A stretch of 40,086 nt of DNA, taken from Thermodesulfobacteriota bacterium. Lineage in GTDB: Bacteria > Desulfobacterota > Dissulfuribacteria > Dissulfuribacterales > UBA3076. Below are positions 18,876 to 26,284 of the stretch, in pieces. The translations under genes were made by a program, and so were the position numbers. The stretch's first letter is position 1; each line of letters begins with the position of its first letter. Location: the NCBI GenBank assembly GCA_034718455.1, contig JAYEMY010000121.1, positions 1-40,086 on the forward strand. Reading direction: 5' to 3'. The notes below the pieces were generated by a model. The model did no database searches. It was not told where the DNA came from and saw only the letters and a program-made list of their open reading frames with translations.

Positions 18876-19538
18876 ATGGCAAAAAGAAAGAAAAAACCAT
18901 TTGACAAACGGCTAAAGGCGTACACGGCGGCTGCCGCAGGCGCCTTGATTGTGGTGCCGGCGGCTGCCCAGACCGCTGTCCACTACAGCGGACCACAGAA
19001 CATCGGGATAGATTTAGGTAATCCCCTTTATGCTCTGGACATGAACAGCGATGGAAACGATGACTTCAGCTTTTCTTTTTCTTTTTCTTATTCTATTGGA
19101 ATAAACAGCGATGCGAGCGGAAGGGGTCATATAGATGAAACCGTTAATCATGATCCCGCCAATCTGCCTGCCAACTACACCATAAGGCCTGGTTTGACGG
19201 CGGCAAATTACTATTGGAATACAGGTTGGAATACCCTCGCAGGAATTTACGCCACTTCTGGGAATTTTGTCGGCCAGAGGGGCTATATCGGTGTCAGGTT
19301 TAATACGGCAGCAGGCACGAAATATGGCTGGATTCAGTTTGAGTCAAATGCCGCCAGCACCAATGGGACCATAATAGACTGGGCATGGGAAGACTCGGGC
19401 GAGCCAATCCTGGCAGGGGATACAAAAGGGCAAGCCCCTACTGCGATTCCCACCCTCAATCAGTGGGGTTTGATTGCACTGATAGCGCTTCTTTCTGCTG
19501 CAGGACTGAAGACATTGCCAAAACGGGAAGAAACATAA
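18876..19538 (+). CDS. secreted protein with IPTL-CTERM sorting signal
   Basis: ATG 18876 is preceded by AGAAGAGGA. The signal peptide is MAKRKKKPFDKRLKAYTAAAAGALIVVPAAAQ. The C-terminus AIPTLNQWGLIALIALLSAAGLKTLPKREET has an IPTL motif, a TM helix and a basic tail. Confidence 0.7.
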   Translation: MAKRKKKPFDKRLKAYTAAAAGALIVVPAAAQTAVHYSGPQNIGIDLGNPLYALDMNSDGNDDFSFSFSFSYSIGINSDASGRGHIDETVNHDPANLPANYTIRPGLTAANYYWNTGWNTLAGIYATSGNFVGQRGYIGVRFNTAAGTKYGWIQFESNAASTNGTIIDWAWEDSGEPILAGDTKGQAPTAIPTLNQWGLIALIALLSAAGLKTLPKREET

Positions 19539-19549
19539 AACCAAACTGT

Positions 19550-19568
19550 CCTGCCCATCCTGGGCAGG
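19550..19568. terminator. 8-bp GC-rich hairpin between convergent genes (CCTGCCCA tcc TGGGCAGG)
   Basis: It lies 12 nt after the IPTL-CTERM gene stop and 120 nt after the htpG stop. There is no clean U-tract on the + strand and a T-rich run on the minus strand (ACAGTTTGGTTTTA). Confidence 0.3.
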
Positions 19569-19688
19569 GCCGCAAAGAAAAGGAAAAGGGGTCAAGTCTG
19601 CCTTTGACTCTTAAAGGATAGCCCAGGCAACGCTCGATTTCATGCAAGGGGGGCAAAGAGATGAATGTCTGCTCCGGCTATTAAGAGA

Positions 19689-21611
19689 TTATGCCTCCGC
19701 CATCAGATTTCCGACCAGCTTGGAGAACCTGGATGGATCATCCACCTTGCCGCCCTCGCCGATGACCGCAAGATCCAGCAGCAGATGAATATAGTCGTTG
19801 AGTTGCGCGTCGCTTTTGTCCTTTTCGAACATGGCGTGGATTTTTTCCATCACCGGATGGGCCATATTGAGTTCCAGCACGCGCTTGTTCTCAGGTGTCT
19901 TCTGACCAGAGGCCTTGAGGATTTTTTCCATATAACCGCTCAGATCATAGGTGTCGCCGGACAGACAGGCCACCGAATTAGTGAGGCGCGTAGACGGACG
20001 CACCTCCTTGATGGTGTCTTCCAATTGCGCCCGGATATGCTTAAACAGGGGTTTATACCGATCTTTTTTATCTTCGTCCACCTTGTCCAGGTCCAGATCG
20101 CCCTTTTCCGCGCTCTTGAGCGGCTTGCCGTCGTATTCGGTCAGGGTCTGGGTCACCCATTCATCAACCGGGTCGGTCATCAGCAGGACCTCATAGTTCT
20201 TTGATTTGAGCTGCTCGAGCAGAGGGCTGTGGATCACCGCCGGCAGGTTCTCGCCGGTGATGTAGTAAATCTCTTTCTGGTCCGGCTGCATACCGGCAAC
20301 GTAGTCCTGAAGCGACCGCCACTTGCCGTCGGATTTGGTGGTCTTGTAGCATAGAAGGTCGGCGATCTTGTCTTTGTTATCCAAATCCGTGTGCACCCCG
20401 ACCTTGAGGACAGCGCCGAACTCCTCCCAGAACTTTTCGTATTTCTCAGGGTCCATGTTCTTCAGCAGATCCAGGATTTTTTTGGCCAGATTCCGCCGGA
20501 TGTTGCGCACCAGTCGATCCTGCTGCAGGATTTCCCGGCTTATATTGAGGTTTAGGTCCGGGGCGTCCACCACCCCCTTAACGAAACGTAAGTATTCCGG
20601 CATCAGCTCCTTGCAGTCGTCCATAATGAAAACGCGTTTGCAGTAGAGCTGCACCCCGTGTTTGAATGTCTGGGAAAAAAGATCAAGCGGCGCCTGGGAA
20701 GGGATGTAGAGCAGGGCTGAATATTCAGTGGTGCCCTCCAGCTTCAGGTGCAGCTTTTCCAGCGGCGGCTGCCAGTCGTGGCTGATGTGCCGGTAGAACT
20801 CCTCGTACTCCTTGTCGTCGATGTCCTTTTTGTTTTTGGACCAGATCGCCTTCATGGAGTTGAGCGTTTCGGTTTTTACAACCTTGCGGGTGGTCTCCCC
20901 GATGGGTTTGCTGTCTTTGTCCTTGAGTTGTTCTTTATCGGGAATCGGTTCGTCCTTCTCCACGTCCATGAGGATAGGATAGGCTACGAAATCGGAATGC
21001 TGCTTGATGATACTGCGGATGGTCCACTCGTCTGTAAAGTCCGGTTCGCCTTCTTCCCTTTTTTTCAGTTCCAGGGTAATGACCGTCCCACGGCTGTCTT
21101 TTTCAGCTTCGGTGATGGTAAACTTCCCGTCCCCCTGGGATTCCCAGCGCACTGCTTTGTCCGCGCCTGCGGCCATGGTCAGCAACGTCACCTTTTCGGC
21201 CACGATAAAGGAGCTGTAAAAGCCGACGCCGAACTGACCGATCAGCTCCGGAGTAAGGGTGTCATTTTTGTTGATTTGCGCCATGGCTTCGAGGAAGGCC
21301 CCTGTGCCGCTTTGGGCAATGGTGCCGATATTTTCCAACACCTCGTCGTAAGTCATGCCAATGCCGTTGTCCGTAACTGTCAGCGTATTTTTGATCCTGT
21401 CCAGTTCGATTCGGATGCTGAATTCCGTGTCATTTCCCAGAATTTCCTCCTCGGTCTGGGCCTTGAAGCGCAGCTTGTCGATGGCGTCCGAGGCATTGGA
21501 GATCAGCTCCCTCAGGAAAATTTCCTTATTTGAATATAGCGAGTTGATGATCAGGTTCAGCAACTGTTTTACTTCAGTCTTGAATTCATGGGTTTCGGTC
21601 CTGGTGGTCAT
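19689..21611 (-). CDS. htpG: molecular chaperone HtpG (Hsp90)
   Basis: 640 aa with the N-terminal GHKL ATPase motif [22 protein letters not shown] and full-length colinearity with HtpG. The long + strand ORFs inside it (19665..20204, 20748..21533) are antisense shadows. Confidence 0.95.
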   Translation of the reverse strand: MTTRTETHEFKTEVKQLLNLIINSLYSNKEIFLRELISNASDAIDKLRFKAQTEEEILGNDTEFSIRIELDRIKNTLTVTDNGIGMTYDEVLENIGTIAQSGTGAFLEAMAQINKNDTLTPELIGQFGVGFYSSFIVAEKVTLLTMAAGADKAVRWESQGDGKFTITEAEKDSRGTVITLELKKREEGEPDFTDEWTIRSIIKQHSDFVAYPILMDVEKDEPIPDKEQLKDKDSKPIGETTRKVVKTETLNSMKAIWSKNKKDIDDKEYEEFYRHISHDWQPPLEKLHLKLEGTTEYSALLYIPSQAPLDLFSQTFKHGVQLYCKRVFIMDDCKELMPEYLRFVKGVVDAPDLNLNISREILQQDRLVRNIRRNLAKKILDLLKNMDPEKYEKFWEEFGAVLKVGVHTDLDNKDKIADLLCYKTTKSDGKWRSLQDYVAGMQPDQKEIYYITGENLPAVIHSPLLEQLKSKNYEVLLMTDPVDEWVTQTLTEYDGKPLKSAEKGDLDLDKVDEDKKDRYKPLFKHIRAQLEDTIKEVRPSTRLTNSVACLSGDTYDLSGYMEKILKASGQKTPENKRVLELNMAHPVMEKIHAMFEKDKSDAQLNDYIHLLLDLAVIGEGGKVDDPSRFSKLVGNLMAEA

Positions 21612-21751
21612 TTATCTGGATACCTCCGGTTTTTAATGGAAAACAGATTTCAAGATTTTTGCAGTGTAAGCATGTCTGTCATCGAAAAAAAAGTGACTAT
21701 CGTCGCTGTTAAAAAACTTTGCGTATTGAACTTAGCCGCCTTCGGCAGGAC

Positions 21752-21824
21752 TTTTTTTGACAGGATTTACAGGATCAACAGGATTTCTTATTATTTTTTT
21801 ATCCTGTCAATCCTGTCAAAAAAA
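21752..21824. terminator. T7 - hairpin of GACAGGAT-type repeats - A8 (bidirectional terminator-like)
   Basis: GACAGGATTTACAGGATCAACAGGAT ... ATCCTGTCAATCCTGTC at 21759-21817, flanked by TTTTTTT (21752-21758) and AAAAAAAA (21818-21824). It lies between cobT and htpG, both on the minus strand. Confidence 0.35.
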
Positions 21825-21849
21825 TGGAAATTCCTATACTGTCGGGTTA

Positions 21850-21878
21850 TATAATGCGTGCGAATTCAAAATTGTCAA
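21850..21878 (-). promoter_or_regulatory. sigma70-like promoter candidate facing htpG (TTGACA-N17-ATTATA)
   Basis: On the minus strand, TTGACA is at 21878-21873, the spacer is 17 nt and ATTATA is at 21855-21850. It lies about 240 nt upstream of the htpG ATG. Confidence 0.4.
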
Positions 21879-21945
21879 GACAGGCAATCCTCCTTTTTAA
21901 ACAAATAAATCCGGAGAGTCTAAAGATTCGACACGGTTTCCCCCC

Positions 21946-22091
21946 GTAACCGTTCACACTCCCTGGCAACCGACAGGCTTTTTCGGGTTTCAACCGCGGA
22001 CAAGGTTGCACCAAAAGACGTATTCTCAACAGATTGTGCTTTGAAACCCGAAAAAGGCTGTTGGCTGTCAGGGGGGGAAGTGAATGATTAC
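21946..22091. repeat. 146-bp foldback (REPIN/MITE-like) element, copy 2
   Basis: See copy 1. The inner stem CTTTTTCGGGTTTCAA / TTGAAACCCGAAAAAG is a perfect 16-bp inverted repeat here. The right head overlaps the cobT stop codon. Confidence 0.8.
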
Positions 22092-23149
22092 GTTTCCCCG
22101 GATGAGACCTGTGCTCCATCAAATGTGGCCATCTCAAGGTATATCTTGAGGCCGGCCTCTATGAGTCCCATTGCCAAGGCTGCTCCGGTGCCTTCCCCAA
22201 GGCGGAGATCAAGATCCAGGACGGGCTTCAGCCCAAGGTGTTCGAGCTGAATCCTGTGACCGCACTCGACTGACTGGTGAGAGGCAAACAGATAGTCTCT
22301 GACCAAGGGTTGCAGACTATGGGCTACAAGGGCACCGGCAGTAGAAATAAAGCCGTCCGCTACCACTGGTATTTTTTTTGAGGCTCCACCCAGGATGACT
22401 CCGCATATTGCCGCGATTTCAAGACCACCCACTGCAGCAAGCGTCCCGACAGGGTCCTTGGGATCCAGTCTGTGCCTTTCAAGGGCCTTTTCGATAATTT
22501 CTGTCTTGTGCGACAATGCCTCGTTACTGATCCCTGTTCCCCTGCCGGTTACGTCTCGCACAGCCTTGTCACAAAACACGGCCGTGAGGGCACTGGCAGG
22601 GGTCGTATTGCCGATTCCCATTTCTCCAGTGGCAAGGATAGTAGTCCCCTCTGAGATGGCTTTTTCTGCCAATTCCGCACCTTTTAGAATTGCCGAAATG
22701 GCTTCTTCTCTGGTCAATGCAGGTTCCCTGACCATATTCCTGGTCCCGTGGGCCACTTTACAGCGGATTAATCCTGCCAGTTCAGGGAAATCGTAATCCA
22801 CCCCTATGTCCACCACCATGACCTCAGCGCCAATATGCCGTGCAAGGACGTTTATCCCTGCGCCACCTGAAAGGAAGTTGTGAACCATCTGAAAAGTAAC
22901 ATCCTTGGGAAAGGCGCTCACGCCTTCTTCAGTTACCCCGTGGTCTCCGGCAAATACTAAAACAGTTTTTTGGGGAAGAGAGGGCCGCAGGTTTCCGTTA
23001 ATCAGGATATATTTTTTTGCAAGCTCTTCTAACCGGCCCAGGCTATCTTTGGGCTTGGTCAGGTTGTCAAGGCGAGACTGAATCTTGCGTTCTTGACTGT
23101 AGTCAATCGGATCAATTGATCGCAGAAGTTCCTCAAGTTTTTGTTTCAC
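22088..23149 (-). CDS. cobT: nicotinate-nucleotide--dimethylbenzimidazole phosphoribosyltransferase
   Basis: 353 aa with GEMGIGNTT, VFAGDHGV and colinearity with the CobT family. The start (GTG) overlaps the cobU stop. Confidence 0.9.
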   Translation of the reverse strand: MKQKLEELLRSIDPIDYSQERKIQSRLDNLTKPKDSLGRLEELAKKYILINGNLRPSLPQKTVLVFAGDHGVTEEGVSAFPKDVTFQMVHNFLSGGAGINVLARHIGAEVMVVDIGVDYDFPELAGLIRCKVAHGTRNMVREPALTREEAISAILKGAELAEKAISEGTTILATGEMGIGNTTPASALTAVFCDKAVRDVTGRGTGISNEALSHKTEIIEKALERHRLDPKDPVGTLAAVGGLEIAAICGVILGGASKKIPVVADGFISTAGALVAHSLQPLVRDYLFASHQSVECGHRIQLEHLGLKPVLDLDLRLGEGTGAALAMGLIEAGLKIYLEMATFDGAQVSSGET

Positions 23150-23697
23150 TTATTGCTATTTCCTTTCAATTCCAAAGGCAGTCCTGCCACAACGAGGATC
23201 ACACTGTCGCAGATTTCGGCAAGTCTCTGATGCAGCCGCCCGGCAAGATCTCTGTATTTTCTGCCCATAGCTCCACCCGGCACCAGGCCGAGTCCAATTT
23301 CATTTGATACCATAATTGTAGGGCCGGTTGTTTCCAAGAACGTATCAAAAAAATCCTGGAGTGATTGCTCAATAGAATTTGGTTTATATCTCATAAGGTT
23401 TGACATCCAAAGGGTCAAACAATCAACAAGAATCACCGGGTATATCCCTGAACATTTTCGGATAATATTCGGGATCTCTGTCGGCTCCTCCACAGTCTCC
23501 CATTGTGGCCCACGTTCCAATCTGTGTCTTTGAATCTTTTCCTCCATCTCTTGATCCAGGGGCTGGGCAGTGGCCACATACAACCCTTTGGCTGTGCCCT
23601 TATCAGTTGTTGCCTTTATATACTCTTCACCGAGTCTCAAGGCATACTTGCTCTTGCCACTCTGTGCTCCACCGAGGATCAGGGAATTAAATGCCAT
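23146..23697 (-). CDS. cobU: adenosylcobinamide kinase / adenosylcobinamide-phosphate guanylyltransferase
   Basis: P-loop LILGGAQSGKSKYAL, VDCLTLWMSNL and VSNEIGLGLVP. I place the start at ATG 23697 (MAFNSLILGG). The 27 extra N-terminal codons in the track ORF lie over a different-frame gene stub. Confidence 0.85.
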   Translation of the reverse strand: MAFNSLILGGAQSGKSKYALRLGEEYIKATTDKGTAKGLYVATAQPLDQEMEEKIQRHRLERGPQWETVEEPTEIPNIIRKCSGIYPVILVDCLTLWMSNLMRYKPNSIEQSLQDFFDTFLETTGPTIMVSNEIGLGLVPGGAMGRKYRDLAGRLHQRLAEICDSVILVVAGLPLELKGNSNK

Positions 23698-23815
23698 TGT
23701 GATACCGTTTGGACTTGCCAGCGCCATTTGCGCCTGCCACACAGGTAAACGGCCCAAAACGGACATCAATATCCACAAGATTTTTGAAGCCGGATATCTT
23801 TAAGCGGGTTAACAT
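23687..23815 (-). pseudogene. 42-codon stub: N-terminal Walker-A segment of an SMC/RecF-like AAA ATPase
   Basis: Hand translation of the minus strand from ATG 23815 gives MLTRLKISGFKNLVDIDVRFGPFTCVAGANGAGKSKRYHNGI*. The pattern L.I.gFKnl..v.v.f.p.t.i.G.NG.GKS is the usual N-terminus of AAA_15/AAA_21/SMC_N-type ATPases. The frame ends 7 codons after the P-loop and overlaps the cobU start. Confidence 0.45.
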
Positions 23816-23892
23816 AATTGTTTTCGGCATCCTTCACGACAAGTCAACAGTAGTTTACACTTTGTTGATCTTGTGTTTTGGCAATGAAATTT

Positions 23893-23965
23893 GAAACTTG
23901 AAATTGGAAATTGGGAAAAACACTAAAGATGTAAATGCGTTACCTAATTTCTAATTTCCAGTTTC
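23893..23965. repeat. GAAATTGGAAA-family palindrome
   Basis: GAAACTTGAAATTGGAAATTGGG (23893-23915) pairs with CCTAATTTCTAATTTCCAGTTTC (23943-23965). The 18-mer GAAACTTGAAATTGGAAA recurs at 29470-29487. Confidence 0.55.
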
Positions 23966-24063
23966 GACATCGGCATTCAATTCGATAATGCACGCTTTTT
24001 CGAAAAAAGTGTAAACTGGTAAATGAAAGATGCCCTATTTTCCAGTCAATATCTACAAAAGCT

Positions 24064-24441
24064 CTACTTTTTTCTGACTGTAGTGCGCTCTACCACCTTT
24101 TGGTAATATATCTGATCCTTTTCCAAGTCAATAGGCCTCTTGCATGACATGTTGGCCTTAGTCACCATAAGATTTATTTTCTGGGCCTGTCTGTAACGCT
24201 CCTGTTCATCTTCCAGACTTTCCAGCAGGTCTGTTGCCTTTTTGATCTCCTTTTTATCCTGGATCTCCGAGGGTATAAAACCGGCGTTCTTGAGAATCTT
24301 GTATGCCATTCTAAGGTCTGGAGGTATTGACGAGTCGTCTTCAAAGACCAGTGGTTTGCCTTTACCCTTAATGTCGTCAAGGTCCCCCCGTTCAATAGCT
24401 TCCCTGATCCGGTTTTCTGCTATTTTATGAAAATTGAACAT
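24064..24441 (-). CDS. DUF1992 (DnaJC28-like) family protein
   Basis: The N-terminus IAENRIREAIERGDLDDIKGKGKPL matches the DUF1992 signature as I remember it. Confidence 0.7.
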   Translation of the reverse strand: MFNFHKIAENRIREAIERGDLDDIKGKGKPLVFEDDSSIPPDLRMAYKILKNAGFIPSEIQDKKEIKKATDLLESLEDEQERYRQAQKINLMVTKANMSCKRPIDLEKDQIYYQKVVERTTVRKK

Positions 24442-24580
24442 GGCCGGGCATTTCTCCAGGTTGTTAGTAAGAGAAGCATAGGGTAATATTTAAAACAAAT
24501 TAAGGAATTTATATTAAAATATAATAAAAGAACTCGCTTGTAAAATACCAATGCCAAACTATTCTGTGTTCTAGAAAATT

Positions 24581-26266
24581 ATGCTTTTAGAGCTTGGGTT
24601 AGAAAATTTTATACTCTTCGAGAGGGCATCTCTTTGCTTGTCAAGCGGGCTTACTGTGCTCACAGGAGAGACTGGTGCAGGCAAGTCCTTACTTGTTCAG
24701 GCCATGAAACTGATCCTGGGGGCCAGGGCTGATTTGCAGCAAATCAGGATCGGGACAAAGCAAGCATTGGTGCAGGCAGTGTTTGAGGCCTCACCCGAAA
24801 TCCGGGACCAACTGGAGGATATGGGGATATCCTGTGACGATGAACTGGTCATAAGGAGGACTGTCCCGCAGACCGGAAGGGGGAGAATATATGTAAATGG
24901 GGCCATTGTGAGCCTTCAGAACCTGAGGCAAATTGTATCAGGCATGGCAAGTCTTGCCGGACAGCATGAATACCAGGAACTCCTTCGCCGGGAGAGACAC
25001 GGACCATGGCTGGACCGCTTTTCCGGGCTTGTATATGAAGTGGACCGGATAACCAGTTTATATCAAGAGGTTAAGGGACTTCAAACAGATCTCCAAAGGG
25101 CAGTCGCGACGAAAGAAAAAATGGCAGAAGAGGTGGACAGGCTCCGGCAGGAGGCGGAGGAAATTGACAAAATTGCTCCCAAGCCGGGAGAGGAAGGAAG
25201 GTTAGAGCAGGAACTCAAGGTATTAAAGGCCGCTGAGGCCCTGCGAAACCTGGGAGATGACTGCTACAGGACCCTTTATGCTGATAAAGGGTCGATCCAG
25301 GAGAAATTGGCAATCTGCAGGCAGGACCTTAAACATATGGCAGACCTTGATCCCACCTTGGAAAAGACCGTAAAAGAACTGGACTCTGTGGCCTATCAGG
25401 CAGAAGAGGTGGTGTGGACTGTTCGTGATTATATTCATGGTCTTCCAACAGATCTTTCCCAATTGGAACGGATTGAAGAACGAATCTATGGACTCAGGGA
25501 GCTTAAAAGGCACTTTGGCTCAATAATTGAGGACGTCCTGGCCTATCGAAATGACATTGAGATAAAGCTTGCGACCCTTTACGAAAAAGGCAACCGGATA
25601 GAGGACCTGAAGACAAGACTCGAAGAAAAAGAAAAAAAACTCGTAAATGCCGCGATAGATCTGAGCAAAAAAAGACGTCAGGGGGCAAAGAAACTTTCCA
25701 AGACTATTAAAGCCGAGTTATCTGAGCTTAAACTGTCCAAAACCGATTTTATGGTTGATGTCCAGGCCACTGAAAGACCCATAGCCTCAGACGTGGGACC
25801 CAAGGGGCTTGACAAGGTACAGTTTTTATTCAGTTCAAACGTCGGGCAACCTCTTCGTCCCCTGGCGTCAATTGCTTCCGGGGGAGAACTCTCACGAGTA
25901 ATGCTGGCTTTAAGGGCCGCCCTAGCCCGGCAGGCAGGCATTGAAACCATTGTGTTTGACGAGATAGACGCCGGATTAGGGGGAGAGGTGGCGGAGAAAG
26001 TGGGCCTTAAACTCAAGGCACTATCTTCTTTCGGCCAGGTTGTCACCATAACTCACTTTCCGCAGATAGCGGCAAAGGGCGATCATCACATAGCATTAGA
26101 GAAGGTAGTCAAGGGAGACAAGACGGCCGTTGTAATAAGAGAAGTAGAAGGAAACCAGCGCCTTGAGGAACTCACGAGGATGCTTGGAGGAGACAAGGAA
26201 ACAGCCAAGGCATATGCCAATAAACTCCTCGCGGGTTCAAAGGTTCAGGATTCGCCAAAAATCTGA
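24581..26266 (+). CDS. recN: DNA repair protein RecN
   Basis: Walker A LTGETGAGKSLLVQAM, a long coiled-coil middle section, the signature ASGGELSRVMLAL and Walker B IVFDEIDAGLGG. Confidence 0.9.
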   Translation: MLLELGLENFILFERASLCLSSGLTVLTGETGAGKSLLVQAMKLILGARADLQQIRIGTKQALVQAVFEASPEIRDQLEDMGISCDDELVIRRTVPQTGRGRIYVNGAIVSLQNLRQIVSGMASLAGQHEYQELLRRERHGPWLDRFSGLVYEVDRITSLYQEVKGLQTDLQRAVATKEKMAEEVDRLRQEAEEIDKIAPKPGEEGRLEQELKVLKAAEALRNLGDDCYRTLYADKGSIQEKLAICRQDLKHMADLDPTLEKTVKELDSVAYQAEEVVWTVRDYIHGLPTDLSQLERIEERIYGLRELKRHFGSIIEDVLAYRNDIEIKLATLYEKGNRIEDLKTRLEEKEKKLVNAAIDLSKKRRQGAKKLSKTIKAELSELKLSKTDFMVDVQATERPIASDVGPKGLDKVQFLFSSNVGQPLRPLASIASGGELSRVMLALRAALARQAGIETIVFDEIDAGLGGEVAEKVGLKLKALSSFGQVVTITHFPQIAAKGDHHIALEKVVKGDKTAVVIREVEGNQRLEELTRMLGGDKETAKAYANKLLAGSKVQDSPKI

Positions 26267-26284
26267 ACCCTATTTTAAACCAGT

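Noticed and set aside
20748-21533. Long + strand ORFs inside htpG (261 aa here; also 19665..20204, 179 aa)
   Set aside because: They are antisense shadow ORFs of a well-supported gene. The translations are low-complexity (rich in L, V, F and R) with no motifs.
21630-21660. Sigma-32 heat-shock promoter for htpG (CTTGAAA on the minus strand, about 21647-21654)
   Set aside because: The CCAT-containing -10-like sequence follows after only about 8 nt instead of the 13-17 nt spacer of CTTGAAA-N13-17-CCCCATNT. It would also leave almost no leader.
21946-22091. 146-bp structured element next to cobT as a cobalamin riboswitch
   Set aside because: It lies 3' of cobT, not 5' of the operon. It lacks a B12 box (GCCACUG-type). 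An almost identical copy sits next to unrelated genes (atpA/uvrB).
23768-23776. ATATCCACA, matching the DnaA box consensus at 8 of 9 positions
   Set aside because: It is a single isolated site inside the AAA-ATPase stub, far from dnaN. This is expected by chance in 40 kb.
24442-24580. LexA/SOS box upstream of recN (and of uvrB at about 3540-3560)
   Set aside because: There are only weak resemblances: GAACTCGCTTGT versus GAAC-N4-GTTC, and the palindrome TTCTAGAA. No shared motif links the recN and uvrB upstream regions, and the relevant LexA consensus for this lineage is unknown to me.
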